IMG/VR virus record: IMGVR_UViG_3300034685_000067
Coordinates: 3,973 to 67,972 of that record
DNA length: 64,000 nt
Strand: one strand, 5' to 3'
DNA from: a virus
Taxonomy: Duplodnaviria > Caudoviricetes
Part shown: positions 30,319-40,612 of the stretch, piece after piece
Position numbering within the stretch: the first letter of the stretch is position 1
Layout: each line of letters begins with the position of its first letter
The notes under the pieces: generated by a model
Told to the model about the DNA's origin: nothing
Database searches by the model: none
Seen by the model: only the letters and a program-made list of their open reading frames with translations
Translations under genes and position numbers: made by a program

Positions 30319-33252
30319 TTGATGACTATATCTTTAAAAAAGTATTATTTAGAAGACTTTAATTTAATTCCTTATAAAGATAATATATCATCTCAATTAT
30401 TTTATGAAAACAACATATCAACATATATAAACCAAGATCTTGAAAATGGATGTTTAGCATTATATTTGTATAAGAATTATGCTACTAAATCTCTTTCATT
30501 AGTAATAATTGGAGGAGGATATATATCATCTGCAGGTAGTTGTTCTTTAGGTATATCTAATTTACCTTCATCATTTACTATAATAGGAAGTGGAACTATA
30601 ACATCTTCATCTAGTATAACATCTAATTTAAATTGGAATGCTAATAGTTTAGATTATATTATCATAGATAATATAGAATCATTTACAAATATAACTATTA
30701 ATATTATTAGTCAAACAAATGTAGATTATATTAAATGTTTGAGTTTTAATAATACGTATCAATATTTAGATATACAACAAAGTCCTTTTACTTTATCTGC
30801 TCAGGAATTAGAATATGCAGCACCAATTATATTAGAACCAGAAGCTAAAATATATTCCTCACCTATAAAAATTGAAATAATAATAGATAGTTCTGTTCAA
30901 GATTTAGTTTATACAACAGATGGAACAAATCCAACTATTGCAAAATATATTGCATATGATAATTTAACACCACCTAATCCATTTATAGCTGTAGTTGAAG
31001 ATGGATTAGGCAATGTATTGTTTGATGGTGGTTTCCCTAAATGGTATAATGGACAATGTAATACATCATGGACAACCTTTAGTGAAATGTCAGCATCTTA
31101 TAAATATCTTGCTAATGCAATCAATTATATTGCTAATCCAGCTAAAGTATCAAGTGGGAATAAAAAGATATTAATATTAGGAGATGCTATATCTGGTGAT
31201 CCTTATTATATAAAAGGTACTGCTTCTTATGATTTTAAAACATCTATAGATAAAGTTTGTAGTATTATTGGATACACACCTACATACAAAGTTAGATCTG
31301 ATTATGCAAGTGGTTTATTAGATGCAACATATTCAGAATTGGATCAATATTGTTGTGTTTTATTATTTTCCACAAAATATACAAACAGTAAACTTATAAC
31401 AGATTCATGTATAAATAATTTAGTTACATTTAGAGAAAATAAGAATGGTATATTTATTATAACAGATCATGGTGAACATATACCTGATTTAGATACTGCT
31501 ATAAATGGTACTTATTCTGGTTTCTTTAGAACAGCAAATTATTTAGCTGTCAACTATGGTGCATATTTTACAGATAATTATGATAGAACACCTGTAAATG
31601 TTGGATTCTTAAGACAAACTTATGGTGATCATCCTTTATGGAATAATCTATCTGATGATGAAAATATACATGCTGGTGGATCTGAATCAAGAGTAGTTGT
31701 TCCAATTTATGATACTTATACTGCTTCAGAGTTACCTTTATTATCATTAGATGAAGAAGGATATACTATTTATAAATTCTTGTTGAGATATCATGATAAT
31801 TCAACTTCTCCAATATCATTTACTTATGGATTAAGTACACAAGAGTTAGTTGAGTTTTTGGATAATAATAATAACGTTATAACTGAAACGCCCATGTCTG
31901 TATTTAATACAGTTGATGTTAACTTTAGATTAATACCAGGTGAACTTGGATCATTGTCTGGATTAATAAAATTAAATTCAGATGTAATTGGTGAAACTAG
32001 TCATGATGGTACAAATCAGAATATTATATGGTATGGAGATACTAATAGAATATTTGTCAAAAATGGAGATAGAGTTGTAGTACAGATTACAAATCCAATT
32101 GAATATACAAAATCATTATTAGTCAATAGATTTCAACCACCAGTACAAGATGAAATAGCATTAGCTAGATTCATAACAACAACAAAACAATATGAATGGG
32201 ATATTAACCCATTTCCTTCTCCCTTTCACAATAGGATTGCGCATATTAAAAATGCATTAGAATTAGTTGAACAGCAACCAACAAATAGAACTTCATCTAA
32301 TGTTTCACTATTAAAACAATATATATATGATACATTGCCATTACCCCCAACAAATGGATTTATATATGCTACTACTGCAGAAACTACAGAAACATTAAAT
32401 TCATTTGTACCACCATCTATGCAAGCTATATATAATAACTGGGGTGTATTTGCTATGCATAGTACTGCTGATGAATATTATGATAATATATCATTAGCAC
32501 CAGTTAGAGATCCATATAATACATGGGTATATGATGCTACATTAGATTCTATTAAACAAACATATAATAGTAATTATTACAATGGATTTGTAAGTAAAGA
32601 AAAATTAGATTATTATACACATGAGGTTACATTAACATCCCCTTCTAATGACGATGATATGATAGGTGTAGTTATTGCACACACATATAATGCAACTGAG
32701 GGTAAAAACTATGTATTATCTGCTACAAGCACATATGGTGGTAACTTTCATAGAAAAATACTTGGTATATCATATAATAATAATGCGTGGACTGTTGCAG
32801 TAAGAGATTATGATATTGTCAATACATCACCAAATTCAGGAGAAGGTTATTGGGCAGGTAAAAGAATAAGAGTAAAAGTTGAACGACAGGGTGATTATAT
32901 AAGAGTATTAGGTACAAAATGGAATAGTGATGTTTATGAGCCAGCATCAGAAATGATAGTTGATTTAAATAGTGATCCAAGATTAGCTGTATTTAAAGGT
33001 AAACAATCTTATGGTTATTGTAATGCATCCCAAGCAAATAGTTATTATCAAAATATTGTTCTAACAGGTGGAGCAGATTATAAAACTATTGTAGATGCAC
33101 AAAGTGGAAAGGTATATAAATATATTAATAATCAATGGGTCGAAACAGGACTAACTGCTCAAGATGTATTTGGTTATCCAAGAGAAGTCACTAATCCAGA
33201 AACTGGTAAGATTTTTTATATAACAGAAAATTCTATTATATTACTAAATTAA
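30319..33252 (+). CDS. Large virion/receptor-binding-type protein
   Basis: 977 aa; YTTDGTNPT (chitobiase/Fn3-associated type), FDGGFPKWYN domain and a C-terminal lectin-like DDDMIGVV module; sits among fibre genes. Confidence 0.6.
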   Translation: MMTISLKKYYLEDFNLIPYKDNISSQLFYENNISTYINQDLENGCLALYLYKNYATKSLSLVIIGGGYISSAGSCSLGISNLPSSFTIIGSGTITSSSSITSNLNWNANSLDYIIIDNIESFTNITINIISQTNVDYIKCLSFNNTYQYLDIQQSPFTLSAQELEYAAPIILEPEAKIYSSPIKIEIIIDSSVQDLVYTTDGTNPTIAKYIAYDNLTPPNPFIAVVEDGLGNVLFDGGFPKWYNGQCNTSWTTFSEMSASYKYLANAINYIANPAKVSSGNKKILILGDAISGDPYYIKGTASYDFKTSIDKVCSIIGYTPTYKVRSDYASGLLDATYSELDQYCCVLLFSTKYTNSKLITDSCINNLVTFRENKNGIFIITDHGEHIPDLDTAINGTYSGFFRTANYLAVNYGAYFTDNYDRTPVNVGFLRQTYGDHPLWNNLSDDENIHAGGSESRVVVPIYDTYTASELPLLSLDEEGYTIYKFLLRYHDNSTSPISFTYGLSTQELVEFLDNNNNVITETPMSVFNTVDVNFRLIPGELGSLSGLIKLNSDVIGETSHDGTNQNIIWYGDTNRIFVKNGDRVVVQITNPIEYTKSLLVNRFQPPVQDEIALARFITTTKQYEWDINPFPSPFHNRIAHIKNALELVEQQPTNRTSSNVSLLKQYIYDTLPLPPTNGFIYATTAETTETLNSFVPPSMQAIYNNWGVFAMHSTADEYYDNISLAPVRDPYNTWVYDATLDSIKQTYNSNYYNGFVSKEKLDYYTHEVTLTSPSNDDDMIGVVIAHTYNATEGKNYVLSATSTYGGNFHRKILGISYNNNAWTVAVRDYDIVNTSPNSGEGYWAGKRIRVKVERQGDYIRVLGTKWNSDVYEPASEMIVDLNSDPRLAVFKGKQSYGYCNASQANSYYQNIVLTGGADYKTIVDAQSGKVYKYINNQWVETGLTAQDVFGYPREVTNPETGKIFYITENSIILLN

Positions 33253-33273
33253 AGGAGTTATAAATATATATCC

Positions 33274-35856
33274 ATGGTTTACAAATATAATAAATCACCC
33301 GAATATTTTGAAGATCTTGAAACAAATTATTTTATAAAACCAGAAGTAGAAGAAAGAGATTATAAACCATATATTACAAAAATAGGCTATTTGGATGAAA
33401 AGACAATTCCTGTATATGGATATTTGAAATTTGCATTTACACTGTGGAATGTACCTTTTTATATGTTCGTAGATAATAGAGGAAGAGAAATATTATTATT
33501 ACCAGGTTCAGAAGGAAATCCAAATACAAATTCTTATTTTAAAGCATACAGATATGCTCCATCAGAAACATTTATATTTGAAAATACACCATTGAAACCA
33601 CCATTTTTATTAAATAATCAATTTATAGATTATATTGACTATGCGTGTAGTGATTATATAGTTGCTAGTATTAAAACAATAAACAATGATAATTCTGCTT
33701 CGTATAATTTTTGGTTAATCAAAACAAATGCAGACTATAACGAAATGACATGGCAATTAAAACAAAATTTAACTGCAAAAATTGGATTCAATTTATTAAC
33801 ACCACTATCACAAGAACTATCACAAGCATTATTCTTGACACAATTACAATCATGTTGTGTTGATGTAAATTATAATAAATTATATGTTGTCAAATGTGTA
33901 AATGCTGCTGAGAACTTAACTGGCTGGGGTAAAATCAAATTATATATGTATGATCTTAATACACTTGATTTTATAAATTCATATGAAATATTTGATATGA
34001 ATACAGATGTAGATATAAATGCTTATTATGGTATTGATTCAAAGAATTTAGCATATAGGGGATTAGGATGTGCATTTAACTATAATACTGGTGAGTTATT
34101 AGTACATCTTCAATGTATTATATATTTCTGGATACAACCTAACTTAAGAACACTTTCAGCTAAATCTTTTGTTATATCAATGAAATTAGATGATATAATG
34201 AGAAATAATGGTACTGCTTCATATTCTTATCTGATTCCTAGAGATATATCTGAATATAATTTTTTTAATTCCACAAATTGCAAAGGAATCTATACATCAT
34301 ATGGTTCAAATACATATTCTTTATCGTTTGATAAATATAATAATGTATTATATATACCGCACATTGGTATGAATGGTGGCTTACCTGTTCGCATATCAGC
34401 ATTTTATTTTAATAATATAAATAATACTAATACAATGGTCCAAGTATATCCAAATCAAACACGTGATGTAATAGATAGTTGTCCATACGCTAAACAAAAT
34501 TATAGAGCTGGATTTTTTATAGATGATTATATAATCACAGCTGGACGAAGTCAGAAATATGGTAATTCTGTAATGTACATTTCAAAGATAAATATGCTTG
34601 ATGATAAAGTAGATCTTTTACCTGGGCAGTGGAGAATATTAACTCAAATTAATCCTAATCCTGGAATACCTATACATGATAGAAGTAAATGGTTTATTTA
34701 TAAAACAGGAAATAATGTAAGTCATTATATATATGATAGTAGTTTTAAAGTATATAAAATAAACATTGGATCTAATTTTGATATTTCATATACTGATATG
34801 AATATTACATTACCAACACCACCATCTTCTTTATATACAAGGAGAAATGCATGGGGTTATGATTTCAACACAAATACTGTATATTGGATCTGCACTGATG
34901 TAAATGATTATGGAAGAAGCGTAGTTGTGTGGACTTCTAATAATGGAGTAACATGGAATAAAAGCCCAAGAATTAGTGCAGCTGAAGCTGATGCTAGTGC
35001 ATCATCATATGGAGATGGTGTAGCCAGATATTACTACAGTATAAATGGGTTTATAGAAAATGGAATATTTTATAATGGTAGTGCATTTGGTACTGTTGGA
35101 GGAGAAACAGGGATAAACATAAACAGTTATAATAAAAATACAAATACTGTTACGCAACATAATATTTCTTTAGAACCTTATTTTGATATTCATGGAAGAT
35201 TTGGATGGCATCCTATTTATGGTTATTATGCTGGGATTAATTGGGAAACATGGAGACAACTCTTCTATTTTAATCAAAATCTACAAGATTTTTTAAATAA
35301 TGTTAATCAAACATCTAGGTATATATATACAGTACCTTCTTCTGGATTAGCAGCGACTATAGTAAATTTCCCTGTATATATGGATGGGAGATTATATTAT
35401 CTACCTAATGAGGATGTTGTTTTAAATCCTAATACAGATAATTATGTTTATGCTATATTAAATAACAATAATATTAGTTTATATGTTGATACTGTTAAAT
35501 TATCTAATACTGCACAACGTATATTATTGGCTAAAATAACAACAAATGCTACAGATCCCATATCACAAGAATTATATGAAGTAAGAGAATTATCATTACC
35601 AGATTATTATAATCATAAAAAGATAATATTGAGAAACATTTCTATTCCAGCAAATGGTGAGATAAATTACACTAATACCCAATTAGATATTACTAATTTT
35701 GATAATATTATATACTCCATATATAGACAAGATGGTTTAAATTATTATTTAGATAATACTTTTATTGTTTCAAAATCACCTGATTTTACAAAATTATATA
35801 TCAAATCAAATTATTCCACAACACAGAATATATCTTTAATTATTATAGGTCATTAG
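33274..35856 (+). CDS. Tail-associated beta-rich protein (putative receptor-binding protein)
   Basis: 860 aa, Y/N/W-rich, with an Asp-box-like WTSNNGVTW; termini shared with the ORF at 35897. Confidence 0.55.
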   Translation: MVYKYNKSPEYFEDLETNYFIKPEVEERDYKPYITKIGYLDEKTIPVYGYLKFAFTLWNVPFYMFVDNRGREILLLPGSEGNPNTNSYFKAYRYAPSETFIFENTPLKPPFLLNNQFIDYIDYACSDYIVASIKTINNDNSASYNFWLIKTNADYNEMTWQLKQNLTAKIGFNLLTPLSQELSQALFLTQLQSCCVDVNYNKLYVVKCVNAAENLTGWGKIKLYMYDLNTLDFINSYEIFDMNTDVDINAYYGIDSKNLAYRGLGCAFNYNTGELLVHLQCIIYFWIQPNLRTLSAKSFVISMKLDDIMRNNGTASYSYLIPRDISEYNFFNSTNCKGIYTSYGSNTYSLSFDKYNNVLYIPHIGMNGGLPVRISAFYFNNINNTNTMVQVYPNQTRDVIDSCPYAKQNYRAGFFIDDYIITAGRSQKYGNSVMYISKINMLDDKVDLLPGQWRILTQINPNPGIPIHDRSKWFIYKTGNNVSHYIYDSSFKVYKINIGSNFDISYTDMNITLPTPPSSLYTRRNAWGYDFNTNTVYWICTDVNDYGRSVVVWTSNNGVTWNKSPRISAAEADASASSYGDGVARYYYSINGFIENGIFYNGSAFGTVGGETGININSYNKNTNTVTQHNISLEPYFDIHGRFGWHPIYGYYAGINWETWRQLFYFNQNLQDFLNNVNQTSRYIYTVPSSGLAATIVNFPVYMDGRLYYLPNEDVVLNPNTDNYVYAILNNNNISLYVDTVKLSNTAQRILLAKITTNATDPISQELYEVRELSLPDYYNHKKIILRNISIPANGEINYTNTQLDITNFDNIIYSIYRQDGLNYYLDNTFIVSKSPDFTKLYIKSNYSTTQNISLIIIGH

Positions 35857-35896
35857 TGATATAATATAACATAGAAGGGAATGTTATATAAATTAA

Positions 35897-36583
35897 ATGG
35901 TATATAAATTTAATAAACCAACTAAATATTATGAATATATGGAAAATGATATTTACTCTAAAAATGAAGTAGATGCTCTTGATTTTATTAATTTTGAACC
36001 AAAAATAGGGTTGTCATATGCTAATAGAAGAATCTCTTATTCTATATCTGGTCTTACACTTAATATTGTCAATACACATGTATTTCTTGGAGGTTATTAT
36101 ACTTTAGTTAACGATTCTATAACATTGCCAGCAAATAGTACTGTATATGTATATTTGAATAGAGGAACAAACAGATATACAATAAATATAACATACTCAT
36201 CATCAGCAGAACCAAATGGATTTAATAAAATATGTGTTGCAAGGGTAGTTACATCATCAACTGCTATTACAACTGTAAGTCCATTTGATATATCTCCAAA
36301 TTTGGATATTAGTAATATGGTTTCATTTGCAAAACATACTATGATTATAAATGCTGGTAGTACAAGCACATTATCATTTGCTGCATGTAATTTAATTTAT
36401 AAAGAAAATAAAACATTTTTAGATACAATTATTAAAGTATATATCTTAGATACTTCATCTAACAGATATATAGAAACAAATGATAGTATGTGCTCTCTAT
36501 GGATAAATTCAACAGGTAGTATATTAAATATCACAAACAATACATCACAACAAAAAACATTCGTGATTACAATATTTGGATAA
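35897..36583 (+). CDS. Short paralogue of the preceding tail protein
   Basis: MVYKFNKPTKYYEYME vs MVYKYNKSPEYFEDLE; VFLGGYY...LPANSTVYVY vs VYMDGRLY...LNPNTDNYVY. Confidence 0.6.
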   Translation: MVYKFNKPTKYYEYMENDIYSKNEVDALDFINFEPKIGLSYANRRISYSISGLTLNIVNTHVFLGGYYTLVNDSITLPANSTVYVYLNRGTNRYTINITYSSSAEPNGFNKICVARVVTSSTAITTVSPFDISPNLDISNMVSFAKHTMIINAGSTSTLSFAACNLIYKENKTFLDTIIKVYILDTSSNRYIETNDSMCSLWINSTGSILNITNNTSQQKTFVITIFG

Positions 36584-36624
36584 GTAAAAAAAAAATAATA
36601 TAGCTACAAGGAGTGAGATAATAA

Positions 36625-38328
36625 TTGCCAACCACAAAGATAGCTAATAATCAGATGAAAATATTTCCAGATTTGGCATTAAAATCAGGTAGTGTTAATC
36701 AGTTTTCTGATCTAGACTCTACTGGGCCATTAATTGATGATGCTGTTGCAAAAAGGCATGTTCAAAACACAGATTTAGGAACAAGTTCATCTACATTTTA
36801 TATTGGTACAGGTGGTCCAAAGTTAAAGAATAATGGTGGAACTTTAGAGATTGTTACTAATAATGCATCGTCATATGCTGATCTTGTAGTCAACAATTTA
36901 ACTGTTCATGGTTCACAAACAGTTATACATAGTGAAGTAGTTTCTATTGCTGATAATGTAATAGTATTGAATAGTAATTATAGTGGATCATCTCCAACTG
37001 AAAATGGTGGTGTAGAAGTTAAAAGAGGTTCTTTACCAAATGCATCATTGATCTGGAATGAATCTATGGATTTATGGAGAGCAGGATTAGTAAATAATGA
37101 AAGAACATTAGTTAGAGAATCTAATTCTATTACACTAACTGGTGATGTATCTGCTAGTAGCTACTTTAATAATTTGGGCAATATTGAATTATTGGTAACT
37201 GTATTAGATAATTCTCATAATCATACCATAGCTAATGTTACTGGATTGCAAGCTGCATTAGATTCAAAATTACCAAGTACTAATTACAATGCTGCTGATA
37301 TACTTTCTAAATTAAAAACAGTAGATGGTACTGGATCTGGATTAGATGCTGATTTATTGGATGGATATAACTCAAGTGTTGCAGCTGCAGCAAACACTGT
37401 AGTTGTTAGAGATAATAATGGTGTTATTGTTGGTGATTTGAATGGAAATGCTTCTTCTGCATCTAGGTTATTAAATACTATAACTATATCTTTAAGTGGT
37501 GATGTGAGTGGATCTGCATCCTTTAATGGTAGTTCTAATGTAACTATAACAGCACAAGTATTAGATAACTCTCATAATCATACTATAGCTAATGTTACTG
37601 GTTTACAAGCAGCCCTGGATAGTGTATTGAATACAAGTGATTTACATAACATGATATTGTCTATAGATGGAGCAGGGTCTGGAATAGATGCTGATTTATT
37701 GGATGGACAACATGGTTCTTATTATCGAAACGCTAGTAATTTAAATGCTGGTACAATTCATGCTGATAGAGGTGTATTAGCAGGATCGTCTGCATATTCA
37801 TTTCTTAGATATACAGGGTTAGATAATGTAGCGGGTGGATTGAATGGTGGATCTACAGCACCAACTGGTACAAACAGATTAAATTACAGTGGTTATTTTT
37901 ATGCCACAAGAGTATATAATGCAGTATATAATGACTTTGCAGAATGTTTTAATACATCTGTTAAATACCAAACATCTAAGAATAGAATTGTAGAATTTAT
38001 AAATGGTAAAGCACAATTAGCTAACCCCAATTCAGATGCTGTAATAGGTGTTGTATCTGATTCTTATGGTTATATTCTTAATGGTGATGAGGCTGATATC
38101 ATTGCAGGAAGAAAAGTACCAGTGGGTATGGCTGGTACTGTTATGGTTGATGCTGAATATACTGCAAGGGAATCTGATATGGGTTGTTTTGTTTGTGCTG
38201 GATTTAATGGTAAAGCAAGAGTTATACCAAAAGGTGAAGCTTATAAATATGAGGGTAAGATAGTTGGCAAAATTATAGATATAGATTATAATAAAAATCA
38301 GTATAAGATCATTATTTGTCTTAGATAG
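36625..38328 (+). CDS. Tail fibre protein with a C-terminal peptidase-G2-like chaperone
   Basis: N-half paralogous to the 27413 fibre (ALKS.SVNQF, SEVVSIADN, GLDADLLDG, SHNHT); C-terminus paralogous to the first fibre (YATRVYNAVYNDFAE). Confidence 0.85.
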   Translation: MPTTKIANNQMKIFPDLALKSGSVNQFSDLDSTGPLIDDAVAKRHVQNTDLGTSSSTFYIGTGGPKLKNNGGTLEIVTNNASSYADLVVNNLTVHGSQTVIHSEVVSIADNVIVLNSNYSGSSPTENGGVEVKRGSLPNASLIWNESMDLWRAGLVNNERTLVRESNSITLTGDVSASSYFNNLGNIELLVTVLDNSHNHTIANVTGLQAALDSKLPSTNYNAADILSKLKTVDGTGSGLDADLLDGYNSSVAAAANTVVVRDNNGVIVGDLNGNASSASRLLNTITISLSGDVSGSASFNGSSNVTITAQVLDNSHNHTIANVTGLQAALDSVLNTSDLHNMILSIDGAGSGIDADLLDGQHGSYYRNASNLNAGTIHADRGVLAGSSAYSFLRYTGLDNVAGGLNGGSTAPTGTNRLNYSGYFYATRVYNAVYNDFAECFNTSVKYQTSKNRIVEFINGKAQLANPNSDAVIGVVSDSYGYILNGDEADIIAGRKVPVGMAGTVMVDAEYTARESDMGCFVCAGFNGKARVIPKGEAYKYEGKIVGKIIDIDYNKNQYKIIICLR

Positions 38329-38357
38329 TTGACAGTATTTTCAAAATCTATTAGAAT
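38329..38357 (+). promoter_or_regulatory. Near-consensus sigma70/sigmaA promoter
   Basis: TTGACA (38329-38334), 17-nt spacer, TAGAAT (38352-38357); 43 nt upstream of the first radical SAM gene. Confidence 0.75.
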
Positions 38358-38400
38358 TAAACAAAAGCAGATAGTTGTCTTTGGGGAGTGAATTATTAAA

Positions 38401-39495
38401 TTGTTTATAATAGAAAATATTATTACTGAGCAATGTACTCTTATGTGTCGTTATTGTTACATGAATAACAATCCTTTATATATGAGCAAAGAAACATTTA
38501 AAGTTATTCTAGATAATCTAGATAATATATTGAATATATACAATCAATCACAGTATCATCTAGATTTCTTTGGAGGAGAACCATTATTAAACTTCGACTT
38601 AATTGAATATGCAGTTCCACTATTACAACATGATAAAAGATGTGAATCATTTGGTATAATATCCAATCTTCTTGAATTGGATGAAAACAAAGTATCATTT
38701 ATTAAAAATAATAATATAAATGTAAGCTTTAGCTTTGATGGTTTATGGAATGAATATAATAGACCATTAAGAAATGGTACAAGTTCATTACAGTATTATG
38801 AGAAGAAAAAAGACTTGATTAAGATGATATCACCATCTTATTGTAAAACAATGGTATCACCTACTTCATTGGGTACATTGGTTGAAAATGCAAGATATCT
38901 TGCAGATGTTTGGGGTTTTTCAAATATAGATTATTCACTAGTCAGAGATGATATATGGTCAGAAGATGATATCAATAAATTTAAAAATGAGATAAGAGAT
39001 CTATCTAATTTACAGATTGAATTCTTTAAAACAGGTAAAGATGTTATAATTGGATTTTATGAATTATATCTACTTGATATGTTTATAGGATATAAGGATG
39101 GAAAAAGACCATTTGGTTGCTTTGCTGGTAGTAGAGGAATAGGCATTCTGCCCAATGGCGTTGCTTATCCCTGTGCAAGATTTGCTACAAATAGAGAATA
39201 TCCAATTTATGATTTTAATACTAATCATCTTTATAAGGAGAACTTTGATATTTTTACTGATCCTCTGGTATCTAATCCAAGAAACTTTAATAAGTGTCAG
39301 CAATGTACTTATTATGTAGGATGTAATGCTGGTTGCACATATTCTCAAATGAAGAATAATAACAATCCAGTTGCATCTATTTGCAAATTGTATGATATAA
39401 TTTATACAGAATGTTTTTATGTATTTAACAATCTTAAAGATAATAAATTATTTATAGAAAAATTAAATAAACGATTAAATAATCTAGGAGGTTAA
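38401..39495 (+). CDS. Radical SAM/SPASM protein (peptide/protein maturase type), rSAM-1
   Basis: CTLMCRYC, FFGGEPLL, SFDG; SPASM CFAG...YPC...CQQC..CNAGC...C. Confidence 0.92.
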   Translation: MFIIENIITEQCTLMCRYCYMNNNPLYMSKETFKVILDNLDNILNIYNQSQYHLDFFGGEPLLNFDLIEYAVPLLQHDKRCESFGIISNLLELDENKVSFIKNNNINVSFSFDGLWNEYNRPLRNGTSSLQYYEKKKDLIKMISPSYCKTMVSPTSLGTLVENARYLADVWGFSNIDYSLVRDDIWSEDDINKFKNEIRDLSNLQIEFFKTGKDVIIGFYELYLLDMFIGYKDGKRPFGCFAGSRGIGILPNGVAYPCARFATNREYPIYDFNTNHLYKENFDIFTDPLVSNPRNFNKCQQCTYYVGCNAGCTYSQMKNNNNPVASICKLYDIIYTECFYVFNNLKDNKLFIEKLNKRLNNLGG

Positions 39496-39501
39496 ATTAT
39501 T

Positions 39502-39816
39502 ATGTTGGATAACAATGTAATCCAGTTTAATTTATTTAATGCTGTTGAACATATTGTTGAAAGTATGAAGTTTCTTGATTATCTCATTAAGAATGATGAG
39601 GATAGTGGAAGGCAAGAAACATATGCTAATGCAATGTATAATCTTCAAATATGTGGAGATAAACTGTGTGATCTTGGAGAAATATTAATAGGAAATAAGA
39701 TAGTTCTACCTGATAAAGATCAACCAGTTGATCAACAAATTATAGAATATATTGATAAAATTCAGGAGAAAATTAAAATAAGAAAAGAAGAACATCAAGA
39801 TGGAGAACACAACTAA
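39502..39816 (+). CDS. Small helical accessory protein
   Basis: 104-aa ORF with AGGAGG SD between two radical SAM genes. Confidence 0.6.
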   Translation: MLDNNVIQFNLFNAVEHIVESMKFLDYLIKNDEDSGRQETYANAMYNLQICGDKLCDLGEILIGNKIVLPDKDQPVDQQIIEYIDKIQEKIKIRKEEHQDGEHN

Positions 39817-40612
39817 TGTTATTTATATAACCTCAAACTGTAATTTAAAGTGTGAATATTGTTTTGAAGAAGAGAAAAGACCAAATAGAACTATGACATA
39901 TGATGATATAGATAGATATTTTGAAGGAATAGATAAAATATCAGCACCTCATTCTCATATAGTCTTATTTGGTGGTGAACCATTATTATATCCAGATTTA
40001 ATAGAATATATTGTAATAGATAAGATACTTAAACAATATGACTATAAACAATATTCTGTTTCAATGACATCCAATGGTTTGAGATTATTAGAAGATGATA
40101 TTTATAATTGGTTTTTTGATCTGAGAAAAAAGAAATATATACATTTAGAAATAAGTTATGATGGACCTAATTGTTACAGACGTAAGGATAAAAATGGAAA
40201 TTGTGTAAATAATTTAATAGAAAAAGTATTGAACAAATTAAATAATGATAATAGAACTTTTGCCATATCTTATACTTTAAACAAAGATAATTATAATTAT
40301 TGCATTGAAGATGTTATTACATTGTTTGAGACATATGATCATCTGGAAAAAATAATATTAAGTATAGCTAGTCAAGATTTGGATGTTATAGACAATGATT
40401 ATCAAAGATCTGTATTGAGATTGAAACCTTATTTAAATGAGATATATAGAAGATATAGAAAACCCATTTGTGAAGAAGTATGTGATGTATGTCAAAAATG
40501 TGTTTTTAATAATAAGAACTTGTATGCTGTGCCTAATGTACCTTATCCAATAGAACATTCTAAATTTGCAAATGAAGATTTCTCATTATGGGAGTATTGT
40601 CATGAAAGATAA
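39800..40612 (+). CDS. Radical SAM protein with a short Cys-rich tail, rSAM-2
   Basis: CNLKCEYC, LFGGEPLL, TSNG, ISYDG; C-terminal CEEVCDVCQKC. Confidence 0.9.
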   Translation: MENTTNVIYITSNCNLKCEYCFEEEKRPNRTMTYDDIDRYFEGIDKISAPHSHIVLFGGEPLLYPDLIEYIVIDKILKQYDYKQYSVSMTSNGLRLLEDDIYNWFFDLRKKKYIHLEISYDGPNCYRRKDKNGNCVNNLIEKVLNKLNNDNRTFAISYTLNKDNYNYCIEDVITLFETYDHLEKIILSIASQDLDVIDNDYQRSVLRLKPYLNEIYRRYRKPICEEVCDVCQKCVFNNKNLYAVPNVPYPIEHSKFANEDFSLWEYCHER

